The notes under the pieces were generated by a model. It did no database searches. It saw only the letters and a list, made by a program, of their open reading frames with translations, and had not been told where the DNA came from. From Phoronis australis (Eukaryota > Animalia > Phoronida): a DNA stretch of 64,000 nucleotides. The stretch spans positions 831,734-895,733 of the forward strand of contig NMRA01000097.1 in the NCBI GenBank assembly GCA_002633005.1. Reading direction: 5' to 3'. A program made the translations under genes and the position numbers. Numbering within the stretch: position 1 is the stretch's first letter; the number at the start of each line of letters is the position of its first letter. Below, piece after piece: positions 26,401 through 38,400 of this stretch.

Positions 26401-29400
26401 CTGAACCGGAGATCAGAACAGTGGAGGTGGGTGCACTCTTTGTTAAAGGGCCATATCCATCTTACTCTCTACCTCAAAATGCAGTTTATAAAACAGGTCA
26501 CTGAACCACACAGACTGTGTCTCAAACTTTACGTGTCAGCGTTAACCTTTTTCTAATGAACAGGTCAAAGTTCACTTGATCTACACAAGAGGCTTCATCT
26601 TGGTTTTTGCTCATTCATGTTTTGCATTTCGGCGCATGCCACGATATCCTCAAGAGACAGCTGTACATACAAACTCTTAGACCTACATGTACATTATAAT
26701 AGCAGCGATCTAGGGGCCATCATAGTACTGGACTTTTTTTGTTCACCCATAGGTGACAGTGCCTGACCCAGCAGTGGTAGCTGCTCTTGAACAGGCCCAG
26801 AATGAACTCTCTGAGTTAAAGATTGCTCTGACCAAAAGTCAAGAAGAGAACTCGCAGGCCCAGGAACAGATATCTAGTGAGTGGCACTTACTACTCTGCT
26901 AACGTCCTACTGTTGACTCAGAGTGCTTGCTGGTGATTGTTGTGAACCAAAAGAAAAACTATATGTCATGAATAACTTGAAAATTGGGCGGAATTTTTTT
27001 GCTCCGAAATTTTGGGTACTTTTTAAAGTTGCCTTTTAGATTTTCCTCCCTGCTTCAACAATGCCAGCCAGATGAAGTCATTAATTCATCAACTGTTTGA
27101 TAAAATGTCTTAAATACATATGTGTCTGTCTGTGTATAAAATCATGGTATTTGGTATCCTTTGCTACAAAAGTATTGGCAAAGTGTTCAGAAATAACACT
27201 CGGTCCATTGTTAGATTAGTCAATCACAGGACATTAGTGTTCAATTCAGAATCGTGAGGACTTCCTTCATTTCAGGTGCGCATAGTTGTTCCATTGAAAA
27301 TAAAACAAAGGCAGAATTGTTATCGTGATTGTCTAAATCACAATGAAAATGATTAGGTGGAATACAGGTGACATTTAACTTGGCCAATCTTGGCAAAATA
27401 TATGTTGAGGGACTCCAGTTGGTAAAGTAGAAACATTCGGAAAGTGGGTCTGCCCTGAGAAATTAATTTTAAGGGTGTACTGTTAAATAGTGTTTGCAAA
27501 GTTCTCACTAATTATGATCATGATTACGTCATTGTAGCTGAAAATTTCATTGCATTTGGTACTTGAGTTGCATTTTAACATGGAACTGTCTCACTTTGCA
27601 GAGCTGAATTCCGAAATATCCGAAAAACAAGCAGATCTTTCTAAGTTGGAGGTGGAAAACAAGAGTCTAGTCGAACAGTTGGAAGAGGCAGCCGCTAAGA
27701 TCAAAGAACTCGAAGCTAAGCTGGCACTAAGTGCTGCCACCACTGTAGCAGTGGCAGTCGAGAAAACCGAGGTAATGGGAATGACATGAGATAATGATTC
27801 CCTTTATGTGATTCTAATGAGACTAGTTGACAAATTGGTCATTATTATCGAAACGCCCTCAAGTATTACATATGAATCGTTGTTTGTAGGCTCCACAAGG
27901 TGTCGTCGGTGGTATTGAGCCTGAGGTTCATCAACAGATGAGGTCTGATTATGAAGAGAAACTGGAGGTAATGCACGCGATACTATTTATGTGACATGAA
28001 TTGTCTAACAAAGGCCTACATTTTGGTTCTCCATTCAGTTCCATTGAACATATACTAGTAACTGACATGGATTGGGCTCAGTAACCAGTAGGAAATTGTA
28101 TCACTCAGTGGAAGGGAAGGTAGAATCAAGATGTGGATGTTTTCCTGGGCCATCCACATCACAATCGTTCTCTTGTTCCATAGATTGTAAATACGTGCCA
28201 GGGGCATGAGAATTGACTTGGAAAAATACAGAACTCAGAAATCTGTGTTTACGGTTTAAGTTTATAGGAAACATACTACTGGAACCTTGCAATGTGTCTC
28301 CTATGCAATTAAGTGCCGTGTTTCATTTGCAAACATATGAGACATACAACTCTTTAATGTTGCGTGGTCCTGAACGAAACTTTCGGGTCACCCAATTTCA
28401 TATTCTGTGATGAGTAAGACAGGCAGAGCTGACAGAGACAAAATGCAATACTTACATTCACAAACACTGTGTGGTGTTGGATGTTGTAGTGTGGATCCTT
28501 TGAATATTCCCCATCACAACTTAAGGCTAATTTGACTGCGCGAGGATTGCAAATAATTTACAAGAAACGCAACGAAACCCCACTGTTATAATTCTCCATG
28601 ACATTCTAGCAGTAAACCATACATTGTATCCCTACTGTATTAGGCAAGGGATAACTGCCTCATTAGCATAATTTATGTTTACAATTTACTACTACTGACC
28701 TTCAGAAACTGAACGCACAGCTAAAGAATGTAGAGAAATCCAAGAAAGCAATTGAAAAAGACATGAAGAAACTGTTGAAACAAATGGGCAAGAAGAAGGC
28801 AGCTGGTGATGCAGAAAGCCTGAAACTGCTTCTTGAGGCTGTTGTCAAAGAGGTATCTATTTTTAGTTGTTCTTCAGAGCGATGTGCTATTGAGAGCTTG
28901 CGCCATTTACACAAGATCACTGACGTGGCAAAAGCTGACAGTGCAGAATGAAATGTAAATACTGTGCAAGACAAACCTGATCAGACAAAATACCGTTTTC
29001 TTGTCATGACACTTAATTTTATTAATAGCAAAAATGAGTGGTGATAACTATTATTATGCCATTGATGACAAAGGTCTAATCACAGATTATTGGCTTAAAC
29101 TCCTTACTAACTGTCTTGTACCTGTGTGTTAACGTTAAATCTAAACGAAGCTATATTCCATTTACTAATTTGTCAAGAATAATACCCATGATGTTCCTTG
29201 TTTGGACTTGATGTTTGGTTGACAGCGCAGTCCCCTTTGTTGTGTGCTCCATTTCAATACTTGTTCCTTGTTAGGCGCACACAGTTAATGGTGAAGTGAA
29301 GCAAGCAGGCACTAAAGTGAAAAAACAACTTGACGAAGTGAGCGCCGAATCTAACAAACTGCAGGCGGACCATGAGCAGAAGAAAGCTGCAGTGGAGGAG

Positions 29401-32400
29401 TGGGGGAGGGTGTTCACTGAACAGAATGGCAAGCCGCCCACCGAGGAAGACAGGTGATGAGGGCAGAAGTGACACTTTCTAGACTAAGTGTGAAAAGCTG
29501 AAGTGTAGGAATTCACTTTTAATTTGTAGCAGTCGATAAAATTTCTTTAGGAGATATGGTTCTCAAGTTTAAAGTTATTTAGATGCTGTTTAGGCAGTAT
29601 GACCATTGTCTTGGAACCTCTATTTTAGACAGTGGCGAGTGTCAAATGTTTTGATTTGATTTTGCAACTCTTGCCAAAAACAAGCTGTGAAGTCGCATTT
29701 TTTATCCTACTTTTGATGTTAGCCATTTTGACACACAGAAGCTGCACTCAGATGCTTCAGATGCAAGATTGTCTTACTTCAGAAACCACTTAATACGTAA
29801 TTTGGATATTTTTAGAGCTTGCACAAAATTTCAGAAGTCGGACATTGACTTGTTGCTCAGCGCAAGCACGCAGGTGGTCTTAGAACCGACTGTACTGTCT
29901 CCCTTTGGAGAGCCGTGCTGAAAAGCAGTTCTTGATGCATCAGGTCATCTTTTCGACGGGCATTAAAAATTGTAAAGTAACATTGCCTGTAATTTCCAGT
30001 CTCACCTGGTTTTTTTTTTGTTGATACAAGATCAGAGTTAAAACAAGTCTCTGAGATTGCACTTCTCATCATCATCGGTATTTTATCAAACTTGCGGTTT
30101 GAAGTGAATCTGTTGGCTTCTTAATTTCATGACTGTGACTCTCAGAAAAACGGTACACCGTAAATAGTGTGCCTTCCATACTAATTTGTTTTGAGTCAGC
30201 ATTGACCACATTATGCACACTGTAAAGCAGAACTGGTAATAACTTCCAGTGTGTCTGTGTTTTGTTTCTCAGGGATGAGAAAGCTCTCAAGCTTTACACT
30301 GATTTAGAGATGAGTGGCAGCTCTCACCGTGACAACGACCTGCGGGTCACTGCCCTCACTATGATACACACGGGTGTGGTACCAGAGAAGTACGCGCCCA
30401 TCCCTGTGCAAACTGGTTCTGGTGGAGAAGGTAACTATTGAGAAAAAGATTTTTTGCTCATTGTATTTTTACATTCTAGGCTGTCGTGTACTGACCAAAC
30501 TGTTTGGGAAATTTTGGTTTTCCCATCATGATGTGAAATGACTTTTTTGGCAGGAGATCCTTTGTGCGGTCAGTCGTCATGAAATTGTGTTCGTCAATAT
30601 GTTATCTTTAAATGCTCCAGAGATCGGATTATCGCAAGTTATACGGCATTCTCAAGTGCTTAAATGCATTATCTGTGAAATGACTGATCTAAGAAATATA
30701 CAGCCTCTTTTAGGAAACCCTTAGTGTTTATGTAGAGCGTAGGTACCGTGATTTCATATGATTTATATATCTGACTGTGTGCGTGCATATGGTTGCACGT
30801 GGTGTTATTGTTTTGGTACAAAACTATCGAGGAAAAAATCATGGCAAGGAATTGCGCATTGTTGTGTCAAATTATTTTTGCATATATTTCACGAGTCTGC
30901 AATAGTTAAATACAAGTAATCAATGTCGCAACTTGGATGAACCTTCCTGGCTAAAATTTCCTTCGAAGCTCATCATGTTGTTTTGGAATAAATTTTATGT
31001 TTTACTTTAAGTTTCCTATTTTATTAGTGCCTTGAAAGTTGTTCCTAATTTTAATGTCAGTAGTACTTATTACTTTTCTTTGTAACTCTAAATTTTGTTG
31101 ATATATACTAATGGAAGCTTTCAAATGCTGTTCTGAAGAGCTAAGAAATCGCAAGTCAGTGCACTCAAAAATTTGAAAATGTGCCACAAAATTTGAGACT
31201 TTTCTTCCAACAGACGCTGCCATTTTGTCCATAAGGTATTTCAGAACTCCGCTTCAGATTTTCTATGCTAACTTTCTTAGGAAACAAGGAAGACATTGAG
31301 AGGCTTGAGAAGCAAGTGGCTGATCTTGAAGACAAAGTCTCAGATCTTGAGTCTGAGGTGGAGACACTTCAAGAGTCGAAGAAAACCAGTGAGGAAAAAA
31401 TCACCGAGCTCGAGGACAAAATACAGGAACTGCAGCGGCAGTTGAGTGAAGCGCCATCTGCTGGCGCTGCTGTTGCTTTGAGTTTATCGGCTTCATTAGA
31501 TGACGACACGGAGGTTAGTTGTGGTCTTGATAGACTTTTTGTAATGTGTTGCTTAATTTAGGGATCGTCTTATGGTGAAGCCCTTTGAAGCTGACGAAAT
31601 ATTTGCCATTAAATGGTGAACATGGGAAATGGCTGCTGAATCATGCTCAGGAATACAGTGTTTACATTATGGGGGCATTTTTATTCAGAGACATTATCAA
31701 AGTTGATCAATGTGTACGATTTGAACTCTGACTCTCAGGTGAGAGACCTCGGTTCAAGCCACTGCATTATACAATACCTCGTATGGTGTCTTATATGCGC
31801 ACTGTGTGGAACAAGTGAAAAGAGCATATTAATTTATTAAGTTGTCTTCAGTACTGTAACAGTTAAGTGTGGAGATTAAATTTTTCAAAATACATTTTTT
31901 ACAGTTGAGAGTCCGCGTAATGAAGTGTTTATAGCTTATAGCCCGTCACACCGGAGGTGCAGTGCCACTGCAGTGCTTGTACGGCATAAACTGCAGTGGC
32001 ACTGCCATGATCACCGTGGTTCTGCCATTGATCGCAGTAGCACCGCAGAAAACAGTCAAAACCGCTGACCGCAGTGGCACGGCGGAAACTTTGAACATGT
32101 TCAAAACTTCTGCAGTGCTACCGCAGGTTGGAGCAATCTGCAGTGGGACCGCCGCGACATCATCGTGACCGCTGTGCAAACGCCAGAAACATAGACTGTC
32201 GACCCTACGGCGATCCTGTGGCACAAAGAAAAACGCATGTGTGACGGGTAAACTATGAAACGCTACAGACGGTGTCACTACAGTGATGGCAGTTTTGACC
32301 AAAAACTGTAGTTTCACCGCGCCTCTGGTGTGACGGGGGTATTAGTGAGGTTGAGGTTACTATGTAGTAGAATGTGCACTTGTCATTGCTAAAGTATTGT

Positions 32401-35400
32401 ATTCATTGGCACTTGAACATCCATTCAGGGTTTGGGTGACCAGCTGTCAGAACTGCAAAAGCAAATCGATCGTTTAGAGGCGGAGCTAAGAGCGGAGCAG
32501 TCTGCTCACGAAGTGACACGTGAAGAGCTGGAGACACTGAAGCAGCAGTTGTTGATAGTGAATGACAAGAGTCAGGAAGAGAAGGCGGAGCTAGAGAGAA
32601 AGCTGGAGAGTGCAAAGTCAGTGACGGAGGCACAAGTTGTGAAATTAGAGAAGGTATGAAAATCATCGGCAAATAAAAATGGGATTAAATCCATGCTGTC
32701 TGTCAAAATCGCAAGTTTTGATTTAGGCCACCTGCTGTTATGAAACTGGCCTGCAATTGCTGTTTAGTCAAACTGGGAATGATCTCAGGTCTTCAGACCA
32801 AGCTAATGAAATTTCAGGTCACACTGTGAACATAAAGTCAATGACGCATGACCCAGTCGATTGCAGAATGGTAGTTAGTCAAAATTCAAATTCTGCTGAC
32901 TTTCTACTTTTGAAAAATTCTGATTTGTATTTTGAAGCTTTCTATGTATGAGTTTGAGTGCGCATACTCGTGGATGATATCCTACATAACTTTTAACACA
33001 GAAGAGAGAGACAAGAAGATGAAATTTTGCTTCTACTTTGCAGTATGTTTAAGGAATCTTTCTCGAGACCTGTTTACACAGGGCGCTGCAACTGTTTTAC
33101 GGCTTAGTTATGAGCGGCACCTTTCTCGTACTGTAAACTGCCCTCATTATTTAATCTGACAGATTTGATGACACAAGGCGATCGTAAAGCAGTCTGAACA
33201 TTACTGTACTCTTGTTTGTTGTATTTACTGTTATCCAGTCTGTTTGTTTAGGAGCTTAAAACTGCAAAGACGGAGATTGAAGAGTTAGAAAAAGCCAAGT
33301 TTGCCAACGCTCCTGTTGATACGACTAAAGAGCTAAAAAAGCTACAGGAAAAGATAGTGAGTTACATCAAAATGTTTCATCTGCGTTTTATCAAATGTTT
33401 CATAGTGTTGAGAGAGTTCTTAAAGCAAAGATATATTAAAACAGTCAGTTATTTCTTTGAATACAGCAATTTGTGTTGCACATTTTAACCTTATTTGTGG
33501 TTTTGAACAGTTAAATTTATCATTGTAATGTATCCTGTTGATCTATCCTCTGCTCCTTGTACTCAAAGCTGAACTCAAAATTATTTTTGACAATTTATGC
33601 TCTATTTTTGTGTGAACTCAAGATATCTGTTACTTAATGATCAAGTACACAATGCCTTACATGACATGTGTAACCCTAGTTTGTCCTTGATGACCAAGAA
33701 CCAAAAATTAGGAGTTTGAGAAACATAATATAAATCACGACTTATATTATTGTTTATTTATCGACTCTACAAGATTGGCTGCTTCCAAACTACTCTTAGT
33801 ATGCGTCATGTTAGTTTCAGAGACAGTTTTTCAATATGTCTCCTTAGCACTTACAGAATGCGTTGTGTTGAATCATGACCTTCAGTATATTGTCTGTAGC
33901 CACCGATAGCATGTTGTTTCTAGCCGCAGTGTTTACACTGTCCAACAACTGAATTTAGAAGTGTGGCTTGGGCATTTAGTATATCTTTTCTTTCTCAGCA
34001 TGCATTATTTATCGTGTCTATAGAAATCTCTGGAGAAGCAAAACTCCACCATGTCATCAGCAAGCATCACCATGACAACGGAGATCAAAGAATTGAAGGA
34101 CAAGTTGAATGTGACGGAAAAGTCAGTCAAAAACCAGGCGGCACTAGTGTTGGCTGGTGAGGTGAGTCAGCGGGAAAACGTTAATTCTCTCGAGCGAATT
34201 TCATGTCGATGATAAAATAGCAAATCTTTGGGCATAACGATGAAGGAACCTTGTTGTCTGTGGCAAGTTTTGTCTCCGTTTTTCTTGTTGTTTTACATTG
34301 TACATAATTCAAATTAATTTGTAAGATGTATTTCAAACTATAAGTTTTTTATCTTGATTTAAGATTAAAGTGATGTAACTCAATAAATGAAGATTTTATT
34401 CATTGTGTTGTTAAATATTTTTGATTTCGCTGTAATTTGAAATCATTTAGACTGTGACCAGTCATCAACTTTATCCAGTTTGGTTTCTGTCGTCTGCCAA
34501 ATTAGGTCAAGGTCAAAGAGGCGCAGAAAGAGAAGGCGATGCAGATTAAGAAGATGGAGCAAGAGATGGCGAAGAAAGAAGAGAAACGTGCTGCGGAGGA
34601 GAAGAAGAAGGTGGCAGCACTGGAGAAGAAGATTAAGGAGCTCCAAGCAGCAGCTGCAGGAGCTCCATCTGGTGGACGGCCCACGACGGCAGGGGTAGGT
34701 CATGTTAAGTATGATTTAGACAAAGCCATCGGATTGTTTATCATTTTTATTGAAGATAAGAAGCACCAAAGTTCAATTTGGCCGATTATGGTTTTGAGAT
34801 CATGGTGAAATCTCAGCCTAAACTGAAATCTTCTGGTGACATCATTGAGTGTCCAAGCGCGTTGTCGTCTTATTACTTTGACAGCCATGTTGCATTCGAC
34901 ACATAAAGCAATATCCATCAAAATAGCTGGAAGTGATTGGATTCCAGTTTAATGTTTGTCATACTGTGCTTGTTTTCCTCTGTGTTTGCTTACGCTGCGT
35001 GTTTTGTAATGCATTCACTGCCAATATTGAGTTAATGGGCTCTTTAGAGTGTGCCAAGTACATTATTACTACTAATTTAGTACATAAACCTGCACTTTCA
35101 AGTGTGCAGTCCAAAACATGATCGGACAGTCTTCCAACATATGGATTCAAGTGTTTGTATGCTCAAGTTATTATTAGTGTGCTCGAAAAACGACCTAAGC
35201 ACTCAAATCCGTAGGTTGGTAACATTTTGAAATTTTAAACTGCCGTCTCGTATTTTCGAACTTCACACTGAGGCTCACAAGTGTAGGTTTGTGCACTCAC
35301 ATAATTGGCTGCGCTCAAATGTAATGGGTGCCTTGAAGTACTTATTGTTAATTGTTTGGTAGAAAAAAATGTGTTATGCNTACAGCAAAATGTTTCATTA

Positions 35401-38400
35401 TTTGTTTTATCAAATGTTTTATAGTGTTGAGAGAGTTCTTAAAGCAAAGATATATTAAAAAACAGTTATTTCTTTGTACACAGCAATTTGTGTTGCACAT
35501 TTTAACCTTATTTGCAGTTTTGAACAGTTTTTGTTAAATGTATCAATGATTGTAATGTATCCTGTTGATCTATCCTCTGCACCTTGTACTCAAAGCTGAA
35601 CTCAAAATTATTTTTGACATTTTATGTTCTATTTTTTTGTGAACTCAAGATATCTGTTAATTAATGATCAAGTACATAATGCCTTACATGACATGTGTAA
35701 CCCTAGTGTGTCCTTGATGACCAAGAACCAAAAATTTGGAGTTTGAGCAACAAATATAAATCATGACTTATATTATTGTTTATTTATCACTGTACAAGAT
35801 TGGCTGCTTCCAAAATGCTCATAGTATGTGTCATATTAGTTTCATAGACAGTTTTTCAGTATGTCTCCTTAGCACTTACAGAATGCGTTGTGTTGAATCT
35901 TGACCTTCAGTATATTGTCTGTAGCCACCGATAGCATGTTGTTTCTAGCCGCAATGTTTACACAGTCCAACAACTGAATTTAGAAGTGTGGCTTGGGCAT
36001 TAAATCCTTTCTCAGCATGCATTATTTATCGTGTCTATAGAAATCTCTGGAGAAGCAAAACTCCACCATGTCGTCAGCAAGCATCACCATGACAACGGAG
36101 ATCAAAGAATTGAAGGACAAGTTGAATGTGACGGAAAAATCAGTCAAAAACCAGACGGCACTAGTGTTGGCTGGTGAGGTGAGTCAGCGGGAAATGAAAT
36201 GTAAAACGTTAATTCTCTCGAGCGAATTTCATGTCGATAAAATAGCAAATCTTTGGGCATAACGATGAAGGAACCTTGTTGTCTGTGGCAAATTTTGTCT
36301 CCGTTTTTTTTTGTTGTTGTTTTATATTTTACACAATTCAATTTGATTTTGTAAAATGTATTTCAAACTATAATTTTTTTATCTTGATTTAGGATTAAAG
36401 TGATGTAACTCAATAAATGAAGATTTTATTCGTTGTGTTGTTAAATAGTTTAGCTTTCGCTGTTATTTGAAATCATTTAGACAGTGACCAGTCATCAACT
36501 TTATCCAGTTTGGTTTCTGTCGTCTGCCAAATTAGGTCAAGGTCAAAGAGGCGCAGAAAGAGAAGGCGATGCAGATTAAGAAGATGGAGCAAGAGATGGC
36601 GAAGAAAGAGGAGAAACGTGCTGCGGAGGAGAAGAAGAAGGTGGCAGCACTGGAGAAGAAGATTAAGGAGCTCCAAGCAGCAGCTGCAGGAGCTCCATCT
36701 GGTGGACGGCCCACGACGGCAGGGGTAGGTCATGTTAAGTATGATTTAGACAAAGCCGTCAGATTGTTTTATCATTTTTATTGAAGATAAGAAGCACCAA
36801 ATAAGACTTTGTTTTGGCAAAGTTCAATTTGGCAGATTATGGTTTTGAAATGGTGAAATTTCAGCTTAAACTGAAATCTTCTGGTGACATCATTGAGTGT
36901 CCAAGCATGTTGTCGTCTTATTACTTTGACAGCCGTGTTGCATTCGACACATAAAGCAATATCCATCAAAATAGCTGGAAATGTTTAGATTCCAGTTTTA
37001 ATGTTTGTCATACTCTGCTCGTTTTCCTCCGTGTTCACTTACGCTGCGTGTTTTGTAATGCATTCACTGCCAACATTGAGTTAATGGGCTCTTTAGAGTG
37101 TGCCAAGTACAAACCATCCAAATATCTGTGTGCACAGGTTTTTTAACTTGAGCGGACAGTTTTCCAACATATGGATTCAAGTGTTTAGATCATTTTCAAG
37201 TGTTTGTATGCTCAAGTTATTATTAGTGTGCTCGAAAAATGACCTAAGCGCTCAAATCCGTAGGTTGGTAAACTTTTGAAATTTTAAACCTTGACTCGAA
37301 CTTCACACTCACAAGTGTAGGTTTGTGCACTCGCATAATTGACTGCGCTCAAATGTTTGGGTGCCTTGAAGTACTTGTGGTTAATTGTTTGATAGAAAAA
37401 AATGTGTTATGCATTGTCGCGGATTTCATTTTTGATTTTCACGGATTATTTTGTTTCACTTTTGTATTTATGAACTGACTAGTGTATTTATCTTTGTATG
37501 TTCCACAGCCCAAAGGTCCAGATGCCAAGTCAGAAGCCGCCATTAAACAACTGAAGGAACAGGTTGAAAGACTGAAGAAGGAAGGTGTGGAATTGAAGAA
37601 TCAGAATAAGACCATGGATGCAGAACTGAAGAAGGCCAAGTCAGAGCTGTCATCTGCTGGTGCCCAGGATGTAAGCTCTTTGGTTTTGAAGTGTGTGCAG
37701 TTTTGTTTATGTTCCACATATGTCCCTTGCAAGTTATGATTCGTCCAAGTGGTAACTCCATCTAGTGTTTGGTCATGGAACCTGAAACTAGTTTTTCTCA
37801 GAGTGGTGGCCATGTTGCTGGTCCTGCATGAACTGATGTCTAAACTTTCTTGTGAGACTTTTGTTCTTCCTAAACAACTTTGTCACATCCTGGTCATTTG
37901 TTTGTCTTAATGAATTGAAATTGGTTACTATTTTGGTGCCTGAAACTAATCTTCTGTGACAATCAACTTAGTGTGGGGACTGAAGCAATGAAAAACTGTC
38001 AGTTCTTCTCGCGTCTATAAATCAGTATGTACCTAAAGTATGTAAGGAACTTTTTATAACAATAAGTGGCCTGTATCATTAGTTATTTCTTGACAAGTGC
38101 GGGTTTGTTGCGCCTTTAAATTGTGTGCACAGATTATAGAATGGCGCGGTCGTGAAGGTCTGATGTTTTTCTCACTCTGTAAGAAGATCCATCTTATTTC
38201 AGAAACAAGCTGTCAAGAAACACGAGAAGATACTGAAGGAGTTGGAGAAGAAGTTGGAGTTGGAGAAGAAGAAAGCGGAGAAAAATGAAGAAAACTTCAA
38301 GACGAAACTGGAAGAAGCAACTGAGCTAGAAAAGGTGATGATAATCTCTTCTTGCTGACTAATCTTTAACTTTGTGAAGTCACTAATGCCTGAGACTCGG

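Noticed and set aside
31946-32317. ORFs with repeated SGTA / AVPL motifs
   Set aside because: They are translations of the internal GCAGTG repeats of the Harbinger-like MITE.
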